DNA of 64,000 nt from a virus (IMGVR_UViG_3300036790_000419:64001-128000); one strand, 5' to 3'. Positions 45,163 to 54,671 are shown, counted from the first letter of the stretch. Notes: generated from the sequence alone by a model not told the origin. Program-made: numbers and translations.

Positions 45163-45605
45163 CCGAGCCGCGCCGCCGCCTGCTGGTCACCGGCTCACAG
45201 GACTGGGATGACGCGGTTACCGTCCGGCGGGTGCTGAAGGCCGTGTGGATGTACGACCCGGAGACGCTGCTGGTGTCCGGGGCCTGCCCGCGCGGCGCTG
45301 ACCTGATCTGCGAGGCGTACTGGGGCATGTTTCTGCACGGCGACGCCGAGCGGCACCCGGCGGACTGGTACCCGGGCGGGAAGTACGACGGCACGGCCGG
45401 CATCCGGCGGAACCAGGCGATGGCAGACCTGGGCGCATGGGGCTGCGTAGCCTTCGGGCTGCCCTGCGAGCGCGTGACGTGCAGGGGCAGGCAGCCCGAC
45501 CCTGGCTGGCCGTTCCACGTAACGCACGGGACGGGGGGCTGCGCGCGCTACGCTGAGGCTCGCGGCATCCCGGTGAAAAGGTACGTGCCGATCCTGGCGG
45601 CATGA
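45159..45605 (+). CDS. SLOG/DUF2493 (YspA-like) protein
   Basis: LVTGS.DW, VSGACPRGAD, HPADW, AGIRRN..M. Confidence 0.8.
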   Translation: MTEPRRRLLVTGSQDWDDAVTVRRVLKAVWMYDPETLLVSGACPRGADLICEAYWGMFLHGDAERHPADWYPGGKYDGTAGIRRNQAMADLGAWGCVAFGLPCERVTCRGRQPDPGWPFHVTHGTGGCARYAEARGIPVKRYVPILAA

Positions 45606-45721
45606 GCGGGCTTTGGCAGTACTTCGGCCCTTCAGGCTGGTGGTCGCAGTGGTACTGGCCCGAGGGCGTGCACGGCTGCGTCTACAACTTCTTTCACGGG
45701 AACGGGTGGCAGGTGACGTGA
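45602..45721 (+). CDS. 39-aa Trp-rich peptide (not in ORF track)
   Basis: ATGA and TGATG overlaps on both sides. Confidence 0.55.
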   Translation: MSGLWQYFGPSGWWSQWYWPEGVHGCVYNFFHGNGWQVT

Positions 45722-45861
45722 TGGTGCACCGCGGTATCCCTGAGCACGGTCCCTGGTGGAAGCTCGGCCGCGACCTGCTGTTCCTCATCATCGCCGCAGG
45801 CATCTTCGCCGCGCTGTTCATCCTCCTGAGCCTGGCCCTGCGCGGTACGGTCAACTGGTGA
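45721..45861 (+). CDS. 46-aa single-TM protein
   Basis: LLFLIIAAGIFAALFILLSLAL. Confidence 0.6.
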   Translation: MVHRGIPEHGPWWKLGRDLLFLIIAAGIFAALFILLSLALRGTVNW

Positions 45862-46127
45862 GTATCCCGTTCGACGCGGGCACCCGCCAGCGGGCGGCCC
45901 GGCTAGCCATTTACCTCTACTACCCGGACGGCTCATCGGCGGTGGCGGAGGGCACGGACCTGACGGTCGACTCCGAGTTCGACTACGGCGGGCGGGTGAC
46001 CGACATCCAGGCGGCACCGGAGCTGACGTCCCGGCTGACCCCGGCCATGCGCCTGCGCATCTACCCGGCACAGCCCGGCCGGGCCACGCTGCGGGTGACG
46101 AAGCGCCCTCCGATTAGCGAGACGTGA
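45858..46127 (+). CDS. Hypothetical protein
   Basis: GTGA overlaps. Confidence 0.6.
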   Translation: MSIPFDAGTRQRAARLAIYLYYPDGSSAVAEGTDLTVDSEFDYGGRVTDIQAAPELTSRLTPAMRLRIYPAQPGRATLRVTKRPPISET

Positions 46128-46618
46128 CCACGCCGCAGCCTTACCAGCCTTTCGCGCCTGGCCAGGGCCTGCGGATGTTCTATTCCTCGGTCTGCCAGGT
46201 GCTGCGCCTCAACCCCTCGCTCAGTGCGGGCGGCGGCATGTCATTCACCTGGGACCTGGTGAGCGACGTGGTGGACCACTACCTGAACGAGCCAGGCCTG
46301 CTGCAGTGCCGCCTTGACCTGACGTTCCTGCGCCCGGGCAAGGACCAGCCTGCCCCCGTCGTGGCCGGCCGCGCCCCGGACCGGACGGGCGTCTGCTACT
46401 TTGACCCCGCGCCCGACGCCAACGGCGCGTCGCTGGTCAAGGCGGGGGACCGGCTGCAGTGCGTGAGCGGCCCCGTCTTCGGGACATTTGAAATCAGGTT
46501 GATTCCAGATGTTGCACAAGGCTTGACCGGTGCACATCACATCGAAGTCCAAGTAGTGGAAGTCTCGCAGATGCTCAAGCCCGGCACATCGCCAACGCCG
46601 TTCGGCACTCCGGAGTGA
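46124..46618 (+). CDS. Head-tail stopper-like protein
   Basis: CRLD, KAGDRL, HHIEVQV; CCGATTA(46110)-N7-GTG. Confidence 0.7.
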   Translation: MTTPQPYQPFAPGQGLRMFYSSVCQVLRLNPSLSAGGGMSFTWDLVSDVVDHYLNEPGLLQCRLDLTFLRPGKDQPAPVVAGRAPDRTGVCYFDPAPDANGASLVKAGDRLQCVSGPVFGTFEIRLIPDVAQGLTGAHHIEVQVVEVSQMLKPGTSPTPFGTPE

Positions 46619-46621
46619 GCC

Positions 46622-47050
46622 GTGGCTGAGTACTTCGCGGTCTACCTGGACGGCGCGGGCGGGGAGCTGGACCGCCTGGCGCGCGGCCCGGACGCCCGCA
46701 CCATCGCCGCGATGGAGGCGGCACTGCTGGAGGGCTACGCCATTACCGAGGGGCGCGTGCACGTCATCACCGGCGGCCTGCTGGAGTCCGGCCACCCGCA
46801 GTCGAGCTTCGACAGGTACACCTGGTCCGGGGAGATCGACTTCGCGCGGGACCCCGGCATCTTCGAGCTGGCGCGCGGCGACGCCCCGACGGAGCACCAC
46901 CCCGCGCCCGCGGGCCATTATTTCTTTGGCCCGGGCGGTCACGAGTTCGAGTCCGGCGTACGGCAGGCGTTCTGGGACTGGGTGACCGGCTACAAGGGCG
47001 GCAAGGCTCCCTCGGGCGGGCTGCCGTGGAAGTCCGGCGGCGACGATTAG
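46622..47050 (+). CDS. Tail completion/neck protein (HK97 gp10-like)
   Basis: VHVITG.L..SG; position. Confidence 0.6.
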   Translation: MAEYFAVYLDGAGGELDRLARGPDARTIAAMEAALLEGYAITEGRVHVITGGLLESGHPQSSFDRYTWSGEIDFARDPGIFELARGDAPTEHHPAPAGHYFFGPGGHEFESGVRQAFWDWVTGYKGGKAPSGGLPWKSGGDD

Positions 47051-47057
47051 CGCCGGC

Positions 47058-47237
47058 ATGGACAGTGATTCGACCGCGCACGCCGAGATCCGCGAGCTGG
47101 TCAGCCTGGAGGAGGCGGACGCCTTCGTGCTCGGCTGGAAAGAGCGCGTCTTCTACGAGCTGGACCAGATGCGGAAGCAGATGCCCTACGCGGACACGCT
47201 TGAGCTGCGCCTGACCAGCACGAGGCGGCCCGATTAA
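47058..47237 (+). CDS. 59-aa late protein (not in ORF track)
   Basis: aCGATTA-N8-ATG; MDSDSTAHAEIREL... Confidence 0.6.
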   Translation: MDSDSTAHAEIRELVSLEEADAFVLGWKERVFYELDQMRKQMPYADTLELRLTSTRRPD

Positions 47238-47243
47238 CCCGGC

Positions 47244-47765
47244 GTGGACGACGTAGCGACCGGGAGCGTCAAGTACCTGACCGGGTTCAGCGACGTCACC
47301 TCGCTGCTCGGCTCCTACCCGCCGACCGACCCGCCCGGCTTCGCGAACAAGCCGTGGCTGTTCAGCGACATGAACCAGGGCGTGCTCAAGGTCATGGAGG
47401 GCACCTCGGCCGCGGCCATCGTGTGCGCCGACTTCGGCGGCTGGGAGGTGCCGGTGCCCGGCTCCAGTGCCCGGTACCGGCGGCTGCGCACGGACATCTG
47501 GATCGACCCGCAGCGCGACGCGGGCCAGAACGTGACGGAGTCCTCCTCCGTCACCGCCAACCGGGGCATGGCGGTGTTCAACGCGGTCCAGCGCCGCCTC
47601 CACCGGCTCGACCCTGACGCGGTGCTCTGGGGCGACCTGTGCACCGTGGGCTGCCAGCTGCTCACCGAGCCTGTCTTCCAGCCGGTGACCGACGGCGATT
47701 ACCTGCTGCGCGGTACTGCCTACTTTGGGGTGGAGTACAGCGGCTGGACGGATGCGACCGAATAG
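47244..47765 (+). CDS. Tail terminator-like protein
   Basis: CCGATTA(47230)-N7-GTG; RLRTDIW.D; position. Confidence 0.65.
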   Translation: MDDVATGSVKYLTGFSDVTSLLGSYPPTDPPGFANKPWLFSDMNQGVLKVMEGTSAAAIVCADFGGWEVPVPGSSARYRRLRTDIWIDPQRDAGQNVTESSSVTANRGMAVFNAVQRRLHRLDPDAVLWGDLCTVGCQLLTEPVFQPVTDGDYLLRGTAYFGVEYSGWTDATE

Positions 47766-47837
47766 TTACCCGCAGCCGCGTCATTACCGCCGGCGCGGCG
47801 CGTGAAGTCATCGCGAGCGTAAGGGGGAGAGCCTGAA

Positions 47838-49058
47838 GTGCCAGCTGACCGGCCGTTGAAGATCTTGATTAAGTCGCCGTTCTCTGAATACAGCGGCTAC
47901 GGCCGGGACGGCTACGGCCTCGCCCGCGCACTGCACCACTGGGGCTGCGACGTCTACCTGCAGCCGACCTGGCTGGACGTCCCGGTGCCGCGCGACCTGC
48001 TGCCACTGTTCGCCAAGGAGCTGCGTGCCCCGTTCGACCTGCTCATCAACCACTGGGACCCGTCGCACCTGTTCATCACCCCCGAGGCCCGCCAGTGCGC
48101 CCGGGTAGCGGTGGCCTGGACCATGTGGGAGTTCGCCGGCGGCCCCGGCAAGGGCGGCAAGGGCGTGTCCGGGCTGGTGCCGCACTGCGAGCAGCGGTCC
48201 AAGCTGCGCGCCTCGCTGCGCTGGTTCGACCTGGTGCTGGGCTACGACCAGGTGAGCCTGGACGCGCTGGAGCCTTACATTCCGGCGAGGGTGCACCGCG
48301 GCATCCTGCAGGGCGGCTACGACGCGGGCGAGTGGAAGCGGGCTGAGCGGGACTGGTTCAGCGAGCGGTTCGGCTTCATCATGCACGGCGCGCTCAACGA
48401 CCGGAAGTGCCCGTGGACGGCGATCGAGGCGTTCCAGCAGCTGAAGTTCGAGAAAGGCGCGGACTTCGAGGGCGCGACGCTGGCGCTGCACACTAACGCC
48501 CCCGGCAAGCTGTTCCCCGAGTTGAACGAGCCGTTCAGGAACACCAAGATCCGGGTGTTCGTAGAGGCGTTCGACCGGCCCACGCTAGATGACTTCTACG
48601 CGGCCGGGCACTGCCTGCTCGCCCCGTCCCGCGGCGAGGGCAAGAACCTGCCGGCGCTGGAGTTCCAGACGACCGGCGGCGTGGTGGCGGCCACCAACTT
48701 CGGCGGTCACACGCAGTGGCTGAACGGCGACTACGCCTATCCGCTGGACTACGCCCTGACTCCCACTTTCCCGGATAAGCCCTGGGCTGCGCACGACGCC
48801 CGGGTGAGCGTGGGGCACCTGAAGGAGGTCATCTGGCACATCTACACCCACCGGGCCGAGGCCAGGGAGAAGGGGAACCTGGCCGCGCGGCTCATCCCGC
48901 AGATGTGCGACTGGTCAGTGGTCACGGAGAACCTGTTCCGGCGCATCGGCGACCAGGTGGCCGGCCCCGGGCCCGAGGTGGCTGCCCAGGCGTTCGCCTG
49001 CCGGCGCGAGCCTGAGCCGGGCCCGTCGGCCGCGCTGCCCGGCTGGCACCAGCCGTGA
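47838..49058 (+). CDS. GT4 (GT-B) glycosyltransferase
   Basis: SGYG, PSRGEGKNLPALE. Confidence 0.88.
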   Translation: MPADRPLKILIKSPFSEYSGYGRDGYGLARALHHWGCDVYLQPTWLDVPVPRDLLPLFAKELRAPFDLLINHWDPSHLFITPEARQCARVAVAWTMWEFAGGPGKGGKGVSGLVPHCEQRSKLRASLRWFDLVLGYDQVSLDALEPYIPARVHRGILQGGYDAGEWKRAERDWFSERFGFIMHGALNDRKCPWTAIEAFQQLKFEKGADFEGATLALHTNAPGKLFPELNEPFRNTKIRVFVEAFDRPTLDDFYAAGHCLLAPSRGEGKNLPALEFQTTGGVVAATNFGGHTQWLNGDYAYPLDYALTPTFPDKPWAAHDARVSVGHLKEVIWHIYTHRAEAREKGNLAARLIPQMCDWSVVTENLFRRIGDQVAGPGPEVAAQAFACRREPEPGPSAALPGWHQP

Positions 49059-49318
49059 CCGTGGAAGAGGTCGAGATCCGCTGCCCGGTGCCGCAGCCGC
49101 TTCCCGGGGGAGAGTGCAAACCGGGGAAGCTGCTGATGAAGCTGCTGGTATCCGGCCGGCCGCCCTCGTTCGTGCACCCCGACAACCTCATCGAGCTGGC
49201 CTGCGACGACTGCCGGGCGCAACTGCGCAGGCGGGGGGTCCGCGTGAGGCGCGTGCTGCACCGGTTTGACCTCAGCGGCTCGCTGGTTGAGACACTGACT
49301 GACGGCCAGGTGATATAG
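49055..49318 (+). CDS. Small Cys-containing protein
   Basis: EIRCP...KLL.KL...ELACDDC. Confidence 0.65.
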   Translation: MTVEEVEIRCPVPQPLPGGECKPGKLLMKLLVSGRPPSFVHPDNLIELACDDCRAQLRRRGVRVRRVLHRFDLSGSLVETLTDGQVI

Positions 49319-49342
49319 CGGTAACCTCGCCGCGGAGGCGAT

Positions 49343-49813
49343 TTGATGAACAGGAGCGCGCGCGGGCTGCGGGTCATCCCGACCGAGGCCGCTGAGCTGG
49401 CCAGCCACATGGCGGCGATCGAGGACCACGAGGTGGAGTGCCGCGCCGGGCACCACGGCTTCGAGCTGGACACCTGGAAGATCAGCGACCCGCTGCCTGC
49501 CTCGGTGTACGCCCGCCCGGCCAAGGACGGCTGCTACGAGCTGGTCAGCCCCTGCGACAACTGCGGGGCGAAGCTCATCATCACCACCGGCCCGGGCGGC
49601 AGCCTGGACGGCGCGCTGCCGCGCCGCATCGACTACGACGGAACCTGGTACCACCTGCCCTCGCACCTGCCCCGGGGCAAGCGGGCGTTCCGGCGCGAGA
49701 AGTTCAAGCGGGGCCAGCCCAAGATCCAGGCCCGCATCCGCTCAGCCGCGCTGACAGAGGAGGCCGGGGCGTACAGGCCCGTGCCGGCGGTCACGTTCCG
49801 GGGTACCCGCTAG
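49343..49813 (+). CDS. Hypothetical zinc-binding protein
   Basis: CRAGHH, CDNC; SD ggagg. Confidence 0.65.
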   Translation: MMNRSARGLRVIPTEAAELASHMAAIEDHEVECRAGHHGFELDTWKISDPLPASVYARPAKDGCYELVSPCDNCGAKLIITTGPGGSLDGALPRRIDYDGTWYHLPSHLPRGKRAFRREKFKRGQPKIQARIRSAALTEEAGAYRPVPAVTFRGTR

Positions 49814-50077
49814 TTGGGCGGGATGAAGTTCACCCCGGCCGGGGTACACCGCGAGCCCCAGGGCGTGAAGCGGCCGGCTGAGTGGTACGTCGTCTGGCTG
49901 GGCCGGCCGCACGCCGAGGGCAGCGTCATCATCGGCCGGACCAGGCGGCTGCGGCGGCACCTGTGGCACCGCTGCTTCCCTGAGTCGGGCGGCGCGTGCC
50001 GCGACGTCAAGGGCCACACGGCGGGCGTCGAGTGGCTGCTGGAGATGTACCGGGCGGCCGTCCCGGCGCCCGATTAA
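49814..50077 (+). CDS. Hypothetical protein
   Basis: Fills gap; ends in PD* at a late motif. Confidence 0.5.
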   Translation: MGGMKFTPAGVHREPQGVKRPAEWYVVWLGRPHAEGSVIIGRTRRLRRHLWHRCFPESGGACRDVKGHTAGVEWLLEMYRAAVPAPD

Positions 50078-50083
50078 GCGGGC

Positions 50084-50668
50084 GTGCACCGTGCTCCCCC
50101 CGCTGGCTGGCCCGCTCCTGTCGTGATGGCTCAGCCGCGGCCCGGGGACTTCTGCTGCGTTCCCGTCAGCGGCCCGGTCGGCTTCAGCATCACCGTCGGG
50201 CAGTGGCTGGACGGCGACGCCTTCCAGTTCTACGACCACGCCGAGGTCTACGTGGGCAGGGCCGACAAGGCGGGCCCGTACGGCTACACGGTCAGCACCT
50301 ACCCCAGCGGGGGCGGCAAGCGCGCGCTGCCCTGCCCGCCGGCGAGGCTGCCGGGCTCCCTGTGGTCCAGCGGCCTGATCGACCTCACCGGCACCCAGCG
50401 GGTCGGCATCACCGGGTGGGCGCTCGCGCACCAGGGCACCGGTTACTCGTTCGCCGACTACGGCGCGCTGTTCCTGCGCATGATGCGCGTGCCGGCCCCG
50501 GGCCTGCGCGAGTACATCGCGAGCACGAGGCACCAGATCTGCTCGCAGTACACCGACGCGGCCTACCTGGCCAACGGCGTGCACCTGTTCGACGACGGGC
50601 GCTGGGAGGGCTATGTAAAGCCAGGTGACCTGGCACGGGTGCTGCAGGCCCGGATCCGGGTCGTCTAG
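50084..50668 (+). CDS. Permuted papain-like NlpC/P60 (YiiX-like) enzyme
   Basis: PGDF, DHAEVYVG, GT.YS, ICSQY; CCGATTA(50070)-N7-GTG. Confidence 0.75.
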   Translation: MHRAPPAGWPAPVVMAQPRPGDFCCVPVSGPVGFSITVGQWLDGDAFQFYDHAEVYVGRADKAGPYGYTVSTYPSGGGKRALPCPPARLPGSLWSSGLIDLTGTQRVGITGWALAHQGTGYSFADYGALFLRMMRVPAPGLREYIASTRHQICSQYTDAAYLANGVHLFDDGRWEGYVKPGDLARVLQARIRVV

Positions 50669-50826
50669 CGGTTCCCCTGCGGCCTTCGTGATCTTGGTGT
50701 TACCGTCACCTGGTCCGCACCTGACCGCCAGCATGCCCGGTGGCCGGGCGCCCCGCGCCCCCCTGACCCCGGGGTGCCCGCCGGAGGGAGCCGGCACGGC
50801 GCTCACCGCCTGGCCGGGAGACACCT

Positions 50827-51507
50827 ATGCACGCACGCCTAGCGTCCCTTCTTCCGCCTGTCGCCTTGTCCGTCGCCGTCGCCGCGGCAGCACCCCTGGT
50901 CCCGCACCAGGCCGCAGTCGTCCCGGAGCCCGCCGTTGACGAGGCTCACGTTCAGCACGCCACCCTGGCCGTTCCCGCCGCGCACGTGCGCCGGGCGGCC
51001 CCGGGCACCTATACCGTCCGTGCCGGCGACACCCTGTCCGCCATCGCCGGCAGCCTCTGCGGCGACCCGGGCGACTACCTTGCCCTGGCCTACAACAACC
51101 AGGTCGCCAACCCTGACCTCATCTACGCCGGGCAGGTGTTCAGGGCGGCCTGCCAGGCTGCCGCGCAGGCCGTCGCCGGCCGGTACGCCCTGCCGCCTAG
51201 TTCGCCGCCCGCGCGCCGTTACACGGCCCCCGCCGCGCGGGCGACGGAGACCCTCGGGGCAGGCACCTACCACGGTGACAGCGGCATGCAGGCGTGCATC
51301 ATCGCCCGCGAGTCCGGCGGTAACAGCCAGGTGACGAACTCATCGGGCCACTACGGCCTTTACCAGTTCAGCGAGCAGACCTGGGCCGCGCACGGCGGCA
51401 ACCCAGCCGACTTCGGTCACGCTTCTATCGCGGAGCAGAACCAGGTGTACGCGCAGACAGTGCATGACGACGGGTACTCAGACTGGAGCCAGTACGACGG
51501 CTGCTAG
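50827..51507 (+). CDS. Secreted LysM plus Rpf-like lytic transglycosylase
   Basis: YTVRAGDTLS.IA, NPDLIY.GQ; CII.RESGGN...YGLYQF...TW. Confidence 0.88.
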   Translation: MHARLASLLPPVALSVAVAAAAPLVPHQAAVVPEPAVDEAHVQHATLAVPAAHVRRAAPGTYTVRAGDTLSAIAGSLCGDPGDYLALAYNNQVANPDLIYAGQVFRAACQAAAQAVAGRYALPPSSPPARRYTAPAARATETLGAGTYHGDSGMQACIIARESGGNSQVTNSSGHYGLYQFSEQTWAAHGGNPADFGHASIAEQNQVYAQTVHDDGYSDWSQYDGC

Positions 51508-51580
51508 CCGGCCTTTTCCTGACCCGATTAAGAGGGCGTCCCGGACTTCCCGGGACGCCCTTCGTCGTGCAGGAGGCGGC

Positions 51581-52378
51581 ATGCCGCGGCAGGCAGGCAA
51601 GTACGGACGTCTCCGGCCCGACCCGGGCCGGCCCAGGCTGATCCTGGAGAAGTACCTGGACCCGCGGGCCCCGCTGCAGCTGGCCGGCCTGCCCGCGGTC
51701 CCGCTGACCGAGGACGTGGACCGGGCCAGCGAGGTGACCAGCTGGCCCATGTACCTGAACGACCAGCTCGGGGACTGCACCATCGCCGCCGTCGGGCACA
51801 TGTACGGCGCCTGGACCCGCTACGCGGGCCGCACCGAGGCGCTGTTCGCCGACGGCCAGGTGCAGTCGGTGTACTCGCGGGTCGGCGGCTACGTGCCCGG
51901 CCAGCCCGACACCGACCAGGGATGCGTCATGCAGGACGTGCTGGCCGACCAGAAGTCCGTCGGCATGACCGACGCCGACGGCCGGGTGCACAAGGTCGCG
52001 GGCTACGCGGCGCTGGGCAACCCGCACGACGCCATGCTGCTCGGCCAGGTGCTGGAGGTGTTCGGCTCGGTCTACGTCGGCATCGAGGTCCAGCAGGAGA
52101 TGGAGACCGAGTTCGCGCAGGGCAAGCCCTGGAGCTGGAAGGCCGGCTCGGAGGTCATCGGCGGGCACGCGATCTGCCTGCAGCGCCGCCTGGGCAAGGG
52201 CGCCGCCCCGTACGAGTACGTCACCTGGGGCGCGCTGCAGCCGGCCACCAAGAAGTTCCAGGCCGACGCCGTCGAGGAGGCCTGGGCGGTGGTCACCGAG
52301 GACTGGCTGAACGACCAGAGCGTCACCGCCGAGGGCCTGGACCTGGACCAGCTGCTCGCCGACATGAGGCACGTCTGA
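51581..52378 (+). CDS. C1-like papain cysteine peptidase
   Basis: NDQLGDCTIAA, GGHAI, VTWG; CCGATTA at 51524, SD aggagg. Confidence 0.8.
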   Translation: MPRQAGKYGRLRPDPGRPRLILEKYLDPRAPLQLAGLPAVPLTEDVDRASEVTSWPMYLNDQLGDCTIAAVGHMYGAWTRYAGRTEALFADGQVQSVYSRVGGYVPGQPDTDQGCVMQDVLADQKSVGMTDADGRVHKVAGYAALGNPHDAMLLGQVLEVFGSVYVGIEVQQEMETEFAQGKPWSWKAGSEVIGGHAICLQRRLGKGAAPYEYVTWGALQPATKKFQADAVEEAWAVVTEDWLNDQSVTAEGLDLDQLLADMRHV

Positions 52379-52381
52379 GCC

Positions 52382-52912
52382 GTGAACGGGGCCGCGCTCG
52401 CCCTGGTCCTGAGCGTCGCGGGGGCATTCCTCGGCGGCGTCGGGACCTTCCTGGGCTACCTGTACGCGCGCTCGCGCAACGCCCGGGACGACGTGAAGGC
52501 GGAGACCCGGGCGCAGGCGGAGGCCAAGGCCGAGCGCGAGGTCACGCACGCCCTCGCGCAGTCAGCCCACGACCTGGCCACCTCGGCGAGGGCGGAGACC
52601 CGCGGGCTGCGCTCGGAGATGACCGCGCAGGACTCCCGGGTCTCCATCCTCGAATCGAAGATGGAGGTCTTCTGGCGGAATGTGGCATTCGACGTGAGCA
52701 AGATCCTGCACAGCCCGCACCCCGGGTGGGAGAACCTGGACGCACTGCTGGAGAAATTCCGGGACGAGGCCATCACGGCCACGGAGATGGCTGACCTGGA
52801 AACCCAGCTGCGGGACATGGTGGAAGGCCGGTGGACCCCGGCCGAGGTGACGCGCGCGGACCAGGTGGCGGCCTCGCTGCTGCTGCGCGCGATCGAGCAG
52901 ACGAGGGTGTGA
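52382..52912 (+). CDS. N-terminal TM coiled-coil protein (lysis accessory/holin-like candidate)
   Basis: Hydrophobic N-terminus then heptads. Confidence 0.65.
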   Translation: MNGAALALVLSVAGAFLGGVGTFLGYLYARSRNARDDVKAETRAQAEAKAEREVTHALAQSAHDLATSARAETRGLRSEMTAQDSRVSILESKMEVFWRNVAFDVSKILHSPHPGWENLDALLEKFRDEAITATEMADLETQLRDMVEGRWTPAEVTRADQVAASLLLRAIEQTRV

Positions 52913-52915
52913 AGG

Positions 52916-53278
52916 ATGTCGGAGGCTGCCTCGCACAACCTGCAGCGGACCGTTGACGAGATCACCGGGTACCGCAAGCGCACCCGGAAGCTGGTCATCG
53001 GGCTCATCGCCGTCACGGTCGTCGCTGTCGTGCTGGCCGTGGCGGCGGTCTACCTCTACATCCGCCAGCACGACAGCAACGTGGGCAACTGCGTGGCGGG
53101 CAACCAGACCCGGATCCAGCAGGAGCAGCTGTGGAACACGCTGTTCACCCTGGCGTCCAAGAACACCAGCGGCACGCCGCCGACCGCCAAGACGGTGCAA
53201 CTGACAAAAGAGTTCCTGGGCGACGTGAAGAAGACTTACGCGCCGGTGGACTGCGGCGCGCGCTACCCGTTCTGGTGA
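52916..53278 (+). CDS. Single-TM membrane protein
   Basis: LVIGLIAVTVVAVVLAVAAVYLYI; two Cys. Confidence 0.7.
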   Translation: MSEAASHNLQRTVDEITGYRKRTRKLVIGLIAVTVVAVVLAVAAVYLYIRQHDSNVGNCVAGNQTRIQQEQLWNTLFTLASKNTSGTPPTAKTVQLTKEFLGDVKKTYAPVDCGARYPFW

Positions 53279-53338
53279 GCTTCCGGCCTCGCCGATTAGA
53301 CGTGCGAAGACCACGGGCTACCGGGAGGTCGCGCGACC

Positions 53339-54001
53339 ATGCCTACCGCCAGCAACACTTTCGCGGGCACGCCGTTTGAGGGTTTCTCCCTCTCGCACGC
53401 GGCCATCCTCAACGGCAGCACCGGCGCTGAGGGCGCGACCGTTTACGGTGTCCGCAACGGCACCATCAGCACGGACCAGGGCAACTTTGAGAACACTGGT
53501 GACGACGTAGTTCTCAGTGAACATTTTTGGATCAACTTTGCGAATGTGACCATTGAGGAGGGCTACATCCCCTTCTCGACGATCGCGTACATCACCGGCA
53601 CGCAGGTCACCAGCTCGGGCGCGGCGGGCGCGGACTACTACGCCATCCCGCTGTGGACCCTGGCCTCCATGAACCAGGTCACCCAGCCGCTGGCCATCCG
53701 CGTGCCGTCCAAGGACGCCGGCGGACAGATCCGGACGCTGGACTTCATCCTGTACCGCGTGCAGTTCCAGCCGTTCAACTTCACGGGCCCCAGTTACAAA
53801 ACTGGCCTGAGCTGCAGCATCGCGGGCCGCGCGCTGTTCTCCACCGTCAACGAGATCGGCACCGCGCTGCCCTCCGCCTACGGTGGCACCTCCGGCTCGG
53901 CCGGCAACGCCATCGGCCGCCTGGTGTCCCTGCCCGGCACCGAGACCGGCGCGTTCGTACCCGAGCCGTTCCAGAGCACTGGCTCCGGGGGCATTGTCTA
54001 G
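53339..54001 (+). CDS. Major tail tube protein
   Basis: ENTGDD, FILYRVQF; upstream of chaperone; CCGATTA at 53292. Confidence 0.8.
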   Translation: MPTASNTFAGTPFEGFSLSHAAILNGSTGAEGATVYGVRNGTISTDQGNFENTGDDVVLSEHFWINFANVTIEEGYIPFSTIAYITGTQVTSSGAAGADYYAIPLWTLASMNQVTQPLAIRVPSKDAGGQIRTLDFILYRVQFQPFNFTGPSYKTGLSCSIAGRALFSTVNEIGTALPSAYGGTSGSAGNAIGRLVSLPGTETGAFVPEPFQSTGSGGIV

Positions 54002-54002
54002 C

Positions 54003-54671
54003 GTGGGCCATGACATCGTGGTGTCTTCGCTGGACGCCAATAAGGGCTACGCTCCGTATCCGGATACGCTCAGTACTTTTTCCACGGCTTCCGTGTCTGC
54101 TGATGCAGGAGACCTCCTGATCTTTTGGATAGCTTCGACGTCAGGCGGCGGTAACTCGTCCAGTATCTCGGGTATTTCCGGGCTGACCTGGGAGAAGCAG
54201 GCTGCGCGGTCGTCTGATCCTGGGGGCCAGAGCCTTCTAGAATGCTGGACCGCCGCTGTCCCTTCTGGTGGTGTGTCCGGGTCGTTGACCGTGGAGTTCG
54301 CTGTCGGGACGAGCCAGTACAACTACGACCTGGATGTGGCCGAGCATGTGTGTTACCTCGTACCCGTAGTCGCCGGTAACGTCCAGACGGCTAGCGAAAA
54401 CGGGAATCCCTCTTCGCTTACGTTCGACACTGCCGCAGACGTCGAGAACTTGTTCCTGTTCGGTTGCATGATCGAGTCCAACTCCGGTCAGACGCCTGAA
54501 GAGAGCCCGGCCTGGTCTGTTGTGGCCGATGTTTACCAAGTAGGTTCTTACACTCTTGGGCTGGAGACACAATTGTCGCCGGATGCCACTGATACCACGG
54601 CGTCTTCTTCGTGGTCTACGAATCCGGGCGACCGATGGGCCGGCATCGGCCTTGAGCTGGCGGCATGCTGA
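54003..54671 (+). CDS. Minor tail/accessory protein, lower GC
   Basis: AGDLLIF, GLTW; beta-rich. Confidence 0.6.
   Translation: MGHDIVVSSLDANKGYAPYPDTLSTFSTASVSADAGDLLIFWIASTSGGGNSSSISGISGLTWEKQAARSSDPGGQSLLECWTAAVPSGGVSGSLTVEFAVGTSQYNYDLDVAEHVCYLVPVVAGNVQTASENGNPSSLTFDTAADVENLFLFGCMIESNSGQTPEESPAWSVVADVYQVGSYTLGLETQLSPDATDTTASSSWSTNPGDRWAGIGLELAAC

Noticed and set aside
50690-50826. c-di-AMP riboswitch upstream of the Rpf gene
   Set aside because: Conserved ydaO motifs not recognisable
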